From Deltaproteobacteria bacterium (GTDB lineage Bacteria; Myxococcota; Kuafuiibacteriia; Kuafuiibacteriales; Kuafuiibacteriaceae), in assembly GCA_040218735.1 (NCBI GenBank), contig JAVJQW010000023.1, positions 32,001-96,000 of the forward strand: a stretch of DNA of 64,000 bases, given 5' to 3'. Shown piece after piece: positions 29,310 through 39,527 of this stretch; the first letter of the stretch is position 1; every line of letters begins with the position of its first letter. Under the pieces are notes generated by a model. It did not search any database, was not told where the DNA came from, and saw nothing but the letters and a program-made list of their open reading frames with translations. A program made the position numbers and the translations under genes.

Positions 29310-30272
29310 ATGAGCCTCGTCGTCAGCCTGATGATCGCCTCCGCCGCATCGGGCCCCTGGTACGAACGCTCGACCTGCGTGGACGCCGCGCAGGCGGTGA
29401 TGTCGGTCGACTTCGAAGGCGCGAGAGCGAAGCTCGCCAAGCTCGACCGCGGCGACGTCGAGGACAAGGCCTGCGCCGTGTGGACGCGCGCGATGCTCGC
29501 CGAGACGGCGCTCGCCGTCGGTGGTCGCCAGCCGCAGCTCCTCGAAGCGCGCCGCAAGAGCCTGTACGCGATGTTCAGCTTCGCGAAGCGCTACCGGAAG
29601 ACGCCGCACCTCGCCGACCTCGCGATCGAAGCGCGCGTCCGCCGCGTGCGTGTCCTCCTCGACGACGGTGAGCGCAAACGCGCGCTCGATGAGACCCGCG
29701 GCGCCGTGAAGATGCTCGAACGCCGCGAAGGCGCGAACAACGCCACGCTCGACTACACCCGCGGCGTCGTGAACATGGCGCTGTCGCAGTCCGGGTGGGG
29801 GATGCGGCTCCTGCTCCAGGTCGCCGGCTTCTCCGGCGACGCGAACCTCGGACGCACTTCCCTCGAACGACTCGCCCAGGGCAAATCGGTTTACTGGTCG
29901 GACGCCCAATACGTTCGTCACTTCTTCACCGTCGAGTCGGACGCGAAGGACACCAACGCCGCGGCGATGATGAAGCGCCTCGTCGACGCCTTCCCCGACA
30001 ACCCGCAGCTCACCTACGAGTACGCGACGGACCTGTTCGTCGCCGGCGACTGCCCCGCGACGCTCGCGACGGTCACGAATCTGAACGCCCGCATCGATTC
30101 GGACCCCGGCCTGTGGTCCAACGACATGCGCGCCAAGCTCTACTGGCTCGGAGGGCGATGCGCCGCCGACGTCGGTCAGCGCGAGCTCGCGATGCGCTGG
30201 GCCAAACGCGCCGACGCGCAGGGCTCGAAGATGATGTCGGACCGCATCGAGGATCTCCTCGACCAGCTCTGA
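29310..30272 (+). CDS. Secreted helical/TPR-like hypothetical protein
   Basis: RBS AAGGAG, short hydrophobic N-terminus, Ala/Leu helical repeats. Confidence 0.7.
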   Translation: MSLVVSLMIASAASGPWYERSTCVDAAQAVMSVDFEGARAKLAKLDRGDVEDKACAVWTRAMLAETALAVGGRQPQLLEARRKSLYAMFSFAKRYRKTPHLADLAIEARVRRVRVLLDDGERKRALDETRGAVKMLERREGANNATLDYTRGVVNMALSQSGWGMRLLLQVAGFSGDANLGRTSLERLAQGKSVYWSDAQYVRHFFTVESDAKDTNAAAMMKRLVDAFPDNPQLTYEYATDLFVAGDCPATLATVTNLNARIDSDPGLWSNDMRAKLYWLGGRCAADVGQRELAMRWAKRADAQGSKMMSDRIEDLLDQL

Positions 30273-30279
30273 TTCGAAT

Positions 30280-31320
30280 TCAGCCGCGGCACTGGCAGAT
30301 GATGTCGAAGCGCGTCGCCAGCGAAGGCGGCACCTCCGCGCACGTCTCGAGGCGGCCGATGTCGTCCTCCGTCTCGAAGCACCCGGCGACCACGTCGGTC
30401 GCGGCGCGACAGTGGAAGCGGTGCGGCTCGCAGGTGAGCGCGACGCTCGCGCAGAACTGCTGGCACGAGACCTCGGAGTTGTGGAAGACGCTGTAGCGGC
30501 AGACGCCGACCTCACATGCGCCTTCCGAGCGCGGCGGTTGGCGGGCGGAGCACGTGACACCGCAGCCGCCGCAGTTCGCTTCGTCCGTAGTGAGTGAGAC
30601 ACACCGGCCGCCGCACGCCGCGAGCGCCGGGTCGTGACATTGGAGTTGGATCGCCAGGTCGCGCGAGGTCCGTTGACCTGCGACGTCGAAGAACTGCGCG
30701 GTGAACACCCGCGGCGCCCCGCCGGGCGCGAGCTCGATCGTGCGCACCGCGTCCATCTGGTTCCACGTGAGCGAGATCGTGTAGGCGCCTTCCGACGCCG
30801 ACGTCGCGAAGGTCCCGTAGGTCGCGCCGTCCGAGATGAGCTGTCCTCCGATGACGTCGTCGATGCCGTCGGGGTCGGTCACTATCGCGGAGAACACCAC
30901 GGCGCCTCCGGGGCGCACCGTGGTGACGTCCGAGGAGAAGTCGAGGATCCTCGGCGGCGACATCCCTTCGACGACGACACACGCCCCGGCCGCGTCGCAG
31001 CTCCCTTCGGTGCACGCGCCACACGACGTCCCGCACACCGGATCCGGCCCACAGACACGCGCGCCACACTCCGGCGTGCAGGGCGCCGCGCCGCACGCCG
31101 TGACGTCGTGCTCTCGACACCCGAACGCACACGACAACGTCCCCGGTCCGAAGCCGAGCGCCTCGCAGGTGCCGCCGCCCAGGTCGTCGCCGTCGCACAC
31201 CTCCGAAGGGTCGAGGACACCGTTGCCACAGAGACCGGGGACGATCGTCCCGGGGTCTCGGCGCTCGGATCCGCAGGCGACGAGGAGCAAACAGACCAAG
31301 AGGCGTCGAAGCGATCGCAT
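30280..31320 (-). CDS. Cysteine-rich lipoprotein (myxobacterial disulfide repeats + Ig-like domain)
   Basis: Lipobox LVAC; CGNGVLDPSEVCDG repeat, CGPDPVCGTSCGAC and TDEANCGGCGVTC. Confidence 0.8.
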   Translation of the reverse strand: MRSLRRLLVCLLLVACGSERRDPGTIVPGLCGNGVLDPSEVCDGDDLGGGTCEALGFGPGTLSCAFGCREHDVTACGAAPCTPECGARVCGPDPVCGTSCGACTEGSCDAAGACVVVEGMSPPRILDFSSDVTTVRPGGAVVFSAIVTDPDGIDDVIGGQLISDGATYGTFATSASEGAYTISLTWNQMDAVRTIELAPGGAPRVFTAQFFDVAGQRTSRDLAIQLQCHDPALAACGGRCVSLTTDEANCGGCGVTCSARQPPRSEGACEVGVCRYSVFHNSEVSCQQFCASVALTCEPHRFHCRAATDVVAGCFETEDDIGRLETCAEVPPSLATRFDIICQCRG

Positions 31321-31401
31321 CGCTGTCGGGGTACGTCGCGCGAGCCCAACCGGACGTTGCGCCGGGATCCCCGTTCGGGACATTCGTCGTAGACTCTGCG
31401 G

Positions 31402-33087
31402 ATGGCCAAGTCCGACGCCAAGAAGATCGCGGGTCACCTCGCAGGCCTGACCAGTCGCAGCGAGAACAAACGGCTCCGCGATCTGAGCGCGCTCCGTGAG
31501 CTGCTATTCGCCCCCGGCGTCTGGACCGACGCGGGCGTCGACGCCCTCCCCCGCCTCGTCGAGATCGCGGCGAGCGCCGCCCCGAAAGCCCAACGCGGCG
31601 CCGTCCTGTTACTCGCCGCGGACACGTACACCGCCGGGCACTTCAACGACGTCGGCGCCGGCCTCGACGGCGCGATCGGCGAAGCGTTCGAGAGCGGCCT
31701 CGGCCTACGGGCGGCGCAGATCGGGGCGTCGCTGCGCGCAGACATCGCCGCGTTGGTCGGCGACGACGACGCACGTGTCCGCGCGGCCGCGGCGTTGATG
31801 CTCGCGTTCGTTTCGAGCGAACGTGAAGCCTCCCTCGCCGCGATCGCCGACCAGCTCGCGACCGAGTCGAGCGCCCCGGCGGCCGCCTCGCTCGCGATCG
31901 CGTACGGCCTCCTCGCCCGCACCACGGAGTCGCCGGACTGGGCGCCACTGGAACGACGACTCGAAGACGACGACGACCTCGTGCGCGCAGCGACGCGGAT
32001 CGCGCTCCTCGATCACCGCGACGACGGCGCGGAGTCGGAGGCGCTCCTGTTGCACGGCCTCATCGAAGACGCCGAGTTCACATGGTGCGACGGCTCGGCG
32101 GACCAGCTGACGTTCCTCCGCCTGCTCGCCGTGCGCGGCGAGGACGCAGCAGTCGAAGCCATGCGTCGCCGCGTCGCGGAGCACGTCGACCACCCGCGCG
32201 CCGGATGGTGGGCGTTCTGGGCATTGGAGCGACGCTTCGAACCCGCGGCCGAGCTCATCGTCGCCAGCGATCTCGACGACGCCCAGCGTGACCTGCTCGC
32301 CGCCATCTCGGAACGCGAGCTCGACACCCACTTCGTGCGGTTCGGTGTCCCCGACTCCGTCGCCGTGCGTCGACGGTGGCTCGGGCTCGATCCTCCGACA
32401 CCGATCGACGCGCCGATGGAAGTCGACGGCGCGACGGTCCCCGCGTGGCAGGCGCGCCTGAAGCTGGGGCTGTCCGACTGGGTCATCGCCGTGCGGGATC
32501 AACTCGCGCCGGCCGTGCGGTTGGGCGTGGTCGCCGAGACGTTCGACGGTGTCCATCGCCCGGTCGAGCTGCCCGAGCTCGAGGACGCCGTGCGCACGAC
32601 GCCCTCGGTGCGTCGGCTCGCGTGGGCCGAGGCGTTCCTCGACCGGTTCTTCGAAGCGTCGACGCGCGAGGACGTCGAGTCGCAGCGATGGGTCCAGAGC
32701 ATGCGTCGCGTCGCGTGCTCTGCGCTCGGCGTCGTCGCCGATCACCTGCCCGACGGCGAGTCGCTCGACGCGTCGAGGCTCGCCGCCTTCACGCTTCACG
32801 GGACCGAGACGGCGCGTCACAACGTCGCGAAGGTGATGCCCGAGGCGTGGGTCGAGGCCCATGTGCTGAAGGCGATGAACGACCACCCGCGCCGCACCGA
32901 TCTGTCGCTCCAACGGATCGCGCCGATCGTCGAGTACGCGCAGACCCCGACCGTGCTCGAACGCCTCGCGAAGATCCTCGCGGAGGTCACCGGCCCGTAC
33001 GCGATCAAACGCGCCAAGGTGTGGCTCGTCCCGGCCGCGGATCGCCACGACGCCATCGCCGCGATCCTCCCGGACGACTGGCGCTGA
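31402..33087 (+). CDS. HEAT-repeat hypothetical protein
   Basis: LVGDDDARVRAAAALML and LEDDDDLVRAATRIAL units. Confidence 0.7.
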   Translation: MAKSDAKKIAGHLAGLTSRSENKRLRDLSALRELLFAPGVWTDAGVDALPRLVEIAASAAPKAQRGAVLLLAADTYTAGHFNDVGAGLDGAIGEAFESGLGLRAAQIGASLRADIAALVGDDDARVRAAAALMLAFVSSEREASLAAIADQLATESSAPAAASLAIAYGLLARTTESPDWAPLERRLEDDDDLVRAATRIALLDHRDDGAESEALLLHGLIEDAEFTWCDGSADQLTFLRLLAVRGEDAAVEAMRRRVAEHVDHPRAGWWAFWALERRFEPAAELIVASDLDDAQRDLLAAISERELDTHFVRFGVPDSVAVRRRWLGLDPPTPIDAPMEVDGATVPAWQARLKLGLSDWVIAVRDQLAPAVRLGVVAETFDGVHRPVELPELEDAVRTTPSVRRLAWAEAFLDRFFEASTREDVESQRWVQSMRRVACSALGVVADHLPDGESLDASRLAAFTLHGTETARHNVAKVMPEAWVEAHVLKAMNDHPRRTDLSLQRIAPIVEYAQTPTVLERLAKILAEVTGPYAIKRAKVWLVPAADRHDAIAAILPDDWR

Positions 33088-33091
33088 CCCC

Positions 33092-36000
33092 TCAGCAGAA
33101 CCGGACGGTGCCCACGCCGAAGAGCTGCTCGACCCGATCGACCACTTCGTCCGTCGGCGCGAGCATGAAGCTCGCGGGCAGCCTCATCTCCACGTCAGCG
33201 GTCTTGTCGAGGTGCACGATGATCTTCACCGAGCAGGTGCCGCGGTGCTCCGTGAGGATCGACTTGAGCTCCACCAAGGTGCGGTCGTCGAAGCGCTTCT
33301 CGTCCGCGGTCACGACGATCGAACGGGTGCGCTCCTCACGCGCGTCCGAGACGCGACGCGCCTCCATGCAGCGGACCCGGAGGCGCTGGTTGCCGTCATC
33401 GTCGGAGCCCATCGAGACGAACGCCTTCACGAGCAGCGGCGCCTCCGACTTGAGCGTCTCCTCGAACTGCGCGAACACCTTCGCGCTCGCCGCCATCTCT
33501 ACGGCGCCCGTCAGATCTTCCACGGTGATGAACGCCATGCGGCCCGAGCCGTCGCGCAGGGGGCGCTCGCGCAGCGCGGTCACGACGCAACCCATGACGA
33601 CCTCGGCCCGGTTCCCCTTCTTCTCGAGCTGCGAGATCGTCGCGTTGGAGAACCGACGCATGTCGTCCTGATAGCGGTCGAGCGGGTGCCCCGTGATGTA
33701 GAAGCTGATCGCCTGCTTCTCGAGCTTCAGACGCTCCAGCTCGGGCCACTCGCGGATCGTGTCGTCGTAGACCTCGCGCGGCTTGATCGCCGCGGCGAGC
33801 TCCGGGGAGCCGAACAAGGACTCCTGCCCCGCCGCCTGCGCGCGCTGCGTGGACTTCGCGGCTTCGATCGCCCCGTCCAACGCGGAGAAGAGCTGCGCGC
33901 GCGGTCGCTCGAAGCAGTCGAACGCGCCCGACTTCACCAACGTCTCGAGCGTCTTCTTGTTGAGCTGCTTCAGCGGGACCCGCTCGCAGAAGTCGTAGAG
34001 CGAAGAGAACGCACCGCGTTCGTCGCGGGCGTCGAGGATCGAGGACAGCGCCGCCCCACCGAGCCCCTTGATCGCGGAGAGCCCGAAACGAATGCGCCCG
34101 TCCGGCACCGAGAACGAGCGCTCCGACTCGTTCACCGTCGGCGGCAGCACCTCGATGCCCATCGACTTCGCGTCCGCGATGTACTTGACGATGTTGTCGG
34201 TGTTGTTGACCTCGGTCGACAACAGCGCCGCCATGAACTCCACCGGGTAGTAAGCCTTGAGGTAGGCCGTGTGGTACGTGATCAGCGCGTACGCGGCGGA
34301 GTGTGACTTGTTGAAGCCGTACCCCGCGAACTTCTCCATCAGGTCGAAGACGCCCTTGGCCTCGTCCTCGGGGATGCCGCGTTCCACACACCCGTCGGTG
34401 AACTTCACGCGCTCCTTGGCCATGACCTCGACCTTCTTCTTACCCATCGCGCGGCGGAGGAGATCCGCGCCGCCGAGTGAGTAGCCGGCCATGACCTGCG
34501 CCGCCTGCATCACCTGCTCCTGGTAGACGAAGCCGCCGTACGTCGGCTTGAGGATCCCCTCCAGCAACGGGTGCGGATACTTCACCTTCCGACGGCCGTT
34601 CTTGCACTCGACGAAGTCGTCGACCATGCCCGTCTGAAGCGGGCCGGGGCGGTAGAGCGCCACCGCCGCGACGATGTCTTCGAAGCAGTCGGCCTTCAGT
34701 CGTTTGAGCAGCTCCTGGAACCCGGTCGACTCGAGCTGGAAGACGCCGAGGGTCTCGCCCTTGCCGATCAGCTTGAAGACCGCCGGATCGTCGAGCGGCA
34801 GCAGGCTACAGCGCAGCGTGAGGTCGATGCCCTCGTCCCGCACCTTCAGACGATCCACGTACGCCGTGCCGTCGTTCACCGCGGCGGTGAGCGCTTCCTT
34901 CGTCTCCAGGGTCTTCCGGACGTGCGGGTGTTTCCAGAGCGCCGCGATGTCCTTCTCGTTCAGCTCCTTCTCGAGCCGCACGTTGGTGTGGCGCTCGGCG
35001 TGATAGATGACGTCGAGGGTCTTGAGGCCGAGGAAGTCGAACTTCACCAGGCCCGCGTCCTCGACGTCCGTCATCGAGAACTGCGTGACGAGCTCGTCGT
35101 CGTTGCCGCGGAAGATCGGCACGACCTCCCACAGGTTGGAGTCCGCGATCACGATTCCCGCGGCGTGCATGCCCGCTTGCCGGTACAGGCCCTCGAGCTT
35201 GCGCGCGATCTCGACGACCTCCTTGTAGACCTCGCTCTCCTCGGTGAGCTGGCGCAGCTTCGGCTCCAGCTCGATCGCCTTCTCCAGGGTGATCGGCTTC
35301 GTGTTGCCCTTCTTGTCCTTGTACGTGTTGGGCAGCAGCTTCGTGAGCGCGTTGACCTCCGCGAACGGGACCTCCAGGCACCGCGCGACGTCCTTGATCA
35401 CCGACTTCGCCTTCATCTGCGCGAACGTCGCGATCTGCCCGACCTGCGTCGCGCCGTACTTGTCCGTGACGTAGTCGATCACTTCGCCGCGCCGCTCCTG
35501 ACAGAAGTCGACATCGAAGTCGGGCATCGACACACGCTCCGGATTCAGGAAGCGTTCGAACAGCAAGTTGTACGGGAGGGGATCCAGATCCGTGATGCGC
35601 AGGCAGTACGCGACGAGCGACCCCGCGCCCGAGCCACGCCCCGGCCCCACCGGGATGTCGTGTTGCTTCGCCCAGTTGATGAAGTCCGCGACGATCAGGA
35701 AGTAGCCGGGGAACTTCATGCCGACGATGATGTCGAGCTCCTCCTTCAGGCGCGCCTTGTACAGGTCACGATCGACCGCGTACGTCATCTCCTTGAAGCG
35801 CTCTTCCAGCCCCTTGTACGAGCGGTCGATCAGGTGGGACGTGAGGTCCGAGCCGTCCTCGGGGACGAACGTCGGCAACATCGGGTTGCCGAGGTTGAGC
35901 TCCAGCTCGATTAGCTCCGTGATGCGCCGCGTGTTGTCGACGGCCTCGGGGACGTCGCGGAACAGCGAGCGCATCTCCTCGGGCGAGCGGATGTAGAGGG

Positions 36001-36733
36001 CGTCCGTCTTGCGCTGAAAGCGCGTCGGGTCGTTGCGCGACTTGCCGTACTGAATCGCCATCAGCACGTCGTGCGCGGCGGCGTCGTCGCGCATCTTGTA
36101 GTGGCAGTTGTTCGTCGCGATGAGCGGCACCTCGCAGTCGCGCGCGAGCTGCTTGAGGTGGTCGTTGGCCATCCGCTGATCCGGGAGCCCGGTGTCCTGC
36201 AGCTCGAGGAAGAACGCCTCGGGATCGAAGATCGACTTGAACTCGAGTGTCGCTTCGCGCGCACGATCGAGATCACCCCGCATCGCCGAGCCGGCGATCT
36301 CTCCGCCGAGGCACCCGGACAACCCGATCAACCCGCGTGACCGCTCGCGGAGGATGTCCTTGTCGATGCGCGGCTTGTAATAGAAGCCCTCCTGGTACCC
36401 CATCGACACGAGGTACATGAGGTTCGAGTACCCTTCGCGATTCTTGGCGAGCAGCACGAGGTGGGTGTTGCGGCCCTTCGTTCGATCGAGGCGCCCCTTC
36501 TCCGCGACCCACATCTCGCAGCCGAGGATCGGCTTGATGCCCGCGCCCTTCGCGCGTCGGTAGAAGTCGATCGCGCCGAAGAGGTTCCCGTGCTCCGTGA
36601 TGGCGCACGCATCCATCCCGAGCTCGGCGATCCGCGGCACGAGCTCCTTCATGTGGATGGCGCCGTCCAGGAAGCTGTACTGGGTGTGCAGGTGGAGGTG
36701 CGTGAAGTCCGCCACGGCCGAATCAGACAGCAC
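33092..36733 (-). CDS. dnaE: DNA polymerase III alpha subunit
   Basis: PHP HLHLHTQYS, GPGRGSGAGS, catalytic MPDFDVDF, KFDFLGL, YGFNKSHS and C-terminal OB fold. Confidence 0.98.
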   Translation of the reverse strand: MLSDSAVADFTHLHLHTQYSFLDGAIHMKELVPRIAELGMDACAITEHGNLFGAIDFYRRAKGAGIKPILGCEMWVAEKGRLDRTKGRNTHLVLLAKNREGYSNLMYLVSMGYQEGFYYKPRIDKDILRERSRGLIGLSGCLGGEIAGSAMRGDLDRAREATLEFKSIFDPEAFFLELQDTGLPDQRMANDHLKQLARDCEVPLIATNNCHYKMRDDAAAHDVLMAIQYGKSRNDPTRFQRKTDALYIRSPEEMRSLFRDVPEAVDNTRRITELIELELNLGNPMLPTFVPEDGSDLTSHLIDRSYKGLEERFKEMTYAVDRDLYKARLKEELDIIVGMKFPGYFLIVADFINWAKQHDIPVGPGRGSGAGSLVAYCLRITDLDPLPYNLLFERFLNPERVSMPDFDVDFCQERRGEVIDYVTDKYGATQVGQIATFAQMKAKSVIKDVARCLEVPFAEVNALTKLLPNTYKDKKGNTKPITLEKAIELEPKLRQLTEESEVYKEVVEIARKLEGLYRQAGMHAAGIVIADSNLWEVVPIFRGNDDELVTQFSMTDVEDAGLVKFDFLGLKTLDVIYHAERHTNVRLEKELNEKDIAALWKHPHVRKTLETKEALTAAVNDGTAYVDRLKVRDEGIDLTLRCSLLPLDDPAVFKLIGKGETLGVFQLESTGFQELLKRLKADCFEDIVAAVALYRPGPLQTGMVDDFVECKNGRRKVKYPHPLLEGILKPTYGGFVYQEQVMQAAQVMAGYSLGGADLLRRAMGKKKVEVMAKERVKFTDGCVERGIPEDEAKGVFDLMEKFAGYGFNKSHSAAYALITYHTAYLKAYYPVEFMAALLSTEVNNTDNIVKYIADAKSMGIEVLPPTVNESERSFSVPDGRIRFGLSAIKGLGGAALSSILDARDERGAFSSLYDFCERVPLKQLNKKTLETLVKSGAFDCFERPRAQLFSALDGAIEAAKSTQRAQAAGQESLFGSPELAAAIKPREVYDDTIREWPELERLKLEKQAISFYITGHPLDRYQDDMRRFSNATISQLEKKGNRAEVVMGCVVTALRERPLRDGSGRMAFITVEDLTGAVEMAASAKVFAQFEETLKSEAPLLVKAFVSMGSDDDGNQRLRVRCMEARRVSDAREERTRSIVVTADEKRFDDRTLVELKSILTEHRGTCSVKIIVHLDKTADVEMRLPASFMLAPTDEVVDRVEQLFGVGTVRFC

Positions 36734-36776
36734 AACGGCCCGGCCGGATCAACCGGAGCCCGTTAAACCTGCGTTC

Positions 36777-37184
36777 TCAGCCCGTTCGTGTGCGGCCGGC
36801 GCGCCTTCGGTTCTTCGCCGGCGCCGGGTCCGCGTAGGGGGGGCGCCAAGTCGGCGGCGGGCCGGCCCAGCCGAACACCGCGAGGTTCACACGCCCGCTC
36901 TCGGTGAAGACGATCCCTTCCTTTTCGAGGAGCTTGCGCTGCCGCGTCGGGCGCTCGATGTCGCCGCGCGCGGAGATGCGACCCGAGGCGTTGATCACCC
37001 GCTGCCACGGGACGACCTTCGCGCGCTTTCGGTCGAGGTGCTTCAGGGCGCGACCGACCGCGCGCGCGTAGCGCGGCGAGACCACGTAGGTGGCGACCTG
37101 TCCGTACGTCGCGACCTGCCCCTTCGGGATCATCTGCGTCACGGTGTAGACGGCCTCGATGAAACGGTCGTCGAGCTGAACCAC
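36777..37184 (-). CDS. Alkyltransferase-like (ATL/YbaZ, MGMT family) protein
   Basis: IPKGQVATYGQVA, ARAVGRAL and PWQRVIN (Trp replaces the catalytic Cys of PCHRV). Confidence 0.88.
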   Translation of the reverse strand: MVQLDDRFIEAVYTVTQMIPKGQVATYGQVATYVVSPRYARAVGRALKHLDRKRAKVVPWQRVINASGRISARGDIERPTRQRKLLEKEGIVFTESGRVNLAVFGWAGPPPTWRPPYADPAPAKNRRRAGRTRTG

Positions 37185-37239
37185 CCGTACGTTGAATGAC
37201 GAAGCGCCAACTTTCGCAAGCGTGCGGTAGACTCTTCGC

Positions 37240-38727
37240 GTGCGCCGCGTCCTCCCGTTTGCCTTGGCCCTCGCCGCGTGCACCGGAGAGTCCGGCGGGC
37301 TGACGCGCGTCGCGGGGAGCGGATACTTCGACCCGCCCAGCATCGACTTCGGCGCGCAGCCGATCGGCGACGTCGCACGAATCCCCGTGCGCTTCACGAA
37401 CTCGAGCGGCACCGGGTTTCAGGTGCTCGACGTGCAGTACGAGCCCCCCGCCGACGGCTTCGGCCTCCGCCTCGAAGGCGGCGGGTCGTTGCGCAACTCG
37501 ATCGTCGGACGCGGCGCGTCGGTCGCGCTGGAGGCGACGTTCGGTCCGGACCGCGAGGGCCCGGTCGAAGTCATGGCGCTCGTACAAACCGAGGACCTGG
37601 AGATCCCGCTCGAGCTCGCCGGCGTCGGCCAGCGCGTCGAGCCCGCGGTGCTCGTCGCGAACCCGACGACGGTCGACTTCGGCGAGGTCGCGGTGGGCGG
37701 GCGGGCCACCCAGCCGCTCACGCTGACCAACGGCGGCGAGCGCGCCGGACGGTTCGCGCGCGCCATCGGCCGCGCCCCCTTCGACGCCTCGCTCGAGAGC
37801 GGCGCAGCGATCCCCGCGACCGATCTCGAGCCCGGCGACACGATCGCCGCGGAGGTCGGCTTCGCCCCGCTGAACGTCGGCGCGTACGACGAGGTCGTGC
37901 GCTTCCTGCTCGACGGCGGCGACCAGACCGTCGTCCAGGTCCGCGGCACGGCGGTCGCGGCCGGCACGTTGAGCTGCGCGGTGACGAGCTTCGCGTTCGG
38001 CCCGGTCGAGCGCGGCGACGAGGCGCGCATCCCGGTGACCTGCACGGCGACCGGCGCGTATCGCGTGGGGAGCATCGTCTCCGACTCCGGCGAGATCGTC
38101 GTCGCCTCGGTGACACCGGCGATCGGGAGCAGCGTGACGACGCTGCAGTTCGAGCTGGTGTTTCGGGCGCGCGGCGTCGCGCACGCGGTGGAGGCCGACA
38201 TCACGATCACCGCGACGCACGGCGAACAAACCGTCCTCTCCGTCACCGCGGAGGTCGTCGACCTCCCGGCGTCGGAGGTCGACCTCGTGGCTGCGATCGA
38301 CTGGGTCGCGTCGGCGGACATCGATCTGCACCTGGTCCGGCAAGGTGGCCTGCCGTTCATGCAGGAGAACGACTGCCACTTCGAAGCGCCCACGATCGAC
38401 TGGAACACCCTCGGCGAGGACGCCGACGATCCGTTCTTGAGCCGGGACGTGACCAACGGTCCGGCCGAGGAGCAGATCTCGATGGAGAACGGCTCGACGG
38501 GGGTCTACGACGTGTTCGTTTTCCTGAACGACGGCGCGCAGCTCGTCGCCGTCGACGCCGAGATCCTGCTGCGAAATCAGGCGCCGATCCCGCTCTCGCG
38601 CACGCTCGATGGGTGCGGCGTGATGTGGCACGTCGGGACGATCCGACACGACTTGGGGCCTCCGCGCTTCGAGGTCGCGGACACCGTGTCGACCAACTAC
38701 ATGGCCTTCGCCGACTGCGCGAACTGA
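37240..38727 (+). CDS. Lipoprotein with tandem Ig-like (ASH/choice-of-anchor D-like) domains
   Basis: Lipobox LAAC; repeated PxxIDFG/VDFG/FAFG beta-sandwich starts; C-terminal DIDLHL domain. Confidence 0.75.
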   Translation: MRRVLPFALALAACTGESGGLTRVAGSGYFDPPSIDFGAQPIGDVARIPVRFTNSSGTGFQVLDVQYEPPADGFGLRLEGGGSLRNSIVGRGASVALEATFGPDREGPVEVMALVQTEDLEIPLELAGVGQRVEPAVLVANPTTVDFGEVAVGGRATQPLTLTNGGERAGRFARAIGRAPFDASLESGAAIPATDLEPGDTIAAEVGFAPLNVGAYDEVVRFLLDGGDQTVVQVRGTAVAAGTLSCAVTSFAFGPVERGDEARIPVTCTATGAYRVGSIVSDSGEIVVASVTPAIGSSVTTLQFELVFRARGVAHAVEADITITATHGEQTVLSVTAEVVDLPASEVDLVAAIDWVASADIDLHLVRQGGLPFMQENDCHFEAPTIDWNTLGEDADDPFLSRDVTNGPAEEQISMENGSTGVYDVFVFLNDGAQLVAVDAEILLRNQAPIPLSRTLDGCGVMWHVGTIRHDLGPPRFEVADTVSTNYMAFADCAN

Positions 38728-38774
38728 ATTCGGCTCGTTTTTTCGGGCGGGATGGCGTTAACGTCCGCGCCGAC

Positions 38775-39527
38775 GTGCTGGGGCTCCTCCTCATCGGGGC
38801 GACCGTCGGGGTCAGCGTGGACGAGGTCCGCGACGTCGAGCCGGCCGTCACGGACCGGATCGTCGAGACGCTCGCACGCCACATCAGCGCGCACAGCGGA
38901 CGCGCCGTGGTTCGCGACACCATGCTGTGGAGCTCGTGCACGCGCGACGACCGTTGCATCGACGCGGTGCGCAGCCGCACCAAGACCGACGACATCGCGT
39001 TCGTGCAGATCTTCGGCGGCGTGCGGCGGGTGCGCGTGCGCGTCGATCACATCGAGGGCAACGGACGGCTACGCTCCGCACGCGCGACGCTCCCCCTCGG
39101 CGAGGACTTCGGGCCTCCGCTGCTGGAGGTCGTGCGCCGCACGTTCGATCCGGGCGTCGCACCGCCGCCCCCGCCTCCGCCCGTCGTCACGGCGCCCCCT
39201 CCCGAGCGCACCACGTGGCCGATCTGGTTGGCGGCCGGGGTGACCGTCGCGGCGAGCGGCGCCGCGATCGGGTTCGGGGTCAGCGCCAACAGCGCCTCGT
39301 CCGAGCTCAACGGACGCATCACCCGCCCGGCGGAGTACGACGCGCTGAGCGACCGAGCCGGTACCCACGGCACGATCTCGAACGTCGCGTGGATCTCCGC
39401 CGCCGTCGCCGCAGGCGCGACGCTGACCCTACTCGTCTTGGAGCTCGCCAATCCCGACGTTGCACCCGAGCGGGTGGGCGTCGAACTCGGCGACGACAAT
39501 CGTAACGGGCTTGGCTATCTCGAATAG
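38775..39527 (+). CDS. Hypothetical exported/membrane protein with a polyproline linker
   Basis: Hydrophobic start, CTRDDRC, PPPPPPP linker and two C-terminal hydrophobic segments. Confidence 0.7.
   Translation: MLGLLLIGATVGVSVDEVRDVEPAVTDRIVETLARHISAHSGRAVVRDTMLWSSCTRDDRCIDAVRSRTKTDDIAFVQIFGGVRRVRVRVDHIEGNGRLRSARATLPLGEDFGPPLLEVVRRTFDPGVAPPPPPPPVVTAPPPERTTWPIWLAAGVTVAASGAAIGFGVSANSASSELNGRITRPAEYDALSDRAGTHGTISNVAWISAAVAAGATLTLLVLELANPDVAPERVGVELGDDNRNGLGYLE

Noticed and set aside
34815-34975. Intein in DnaE
   Set aside because: Too short, and no Cys/Ser start or His-Asn end.
36777-37184. Active O6-methylguanine methyltransferase (ogt)
   Set aside because: The catalytic Cys is replaced by Trp (PWQRV), so it is ATL-type.
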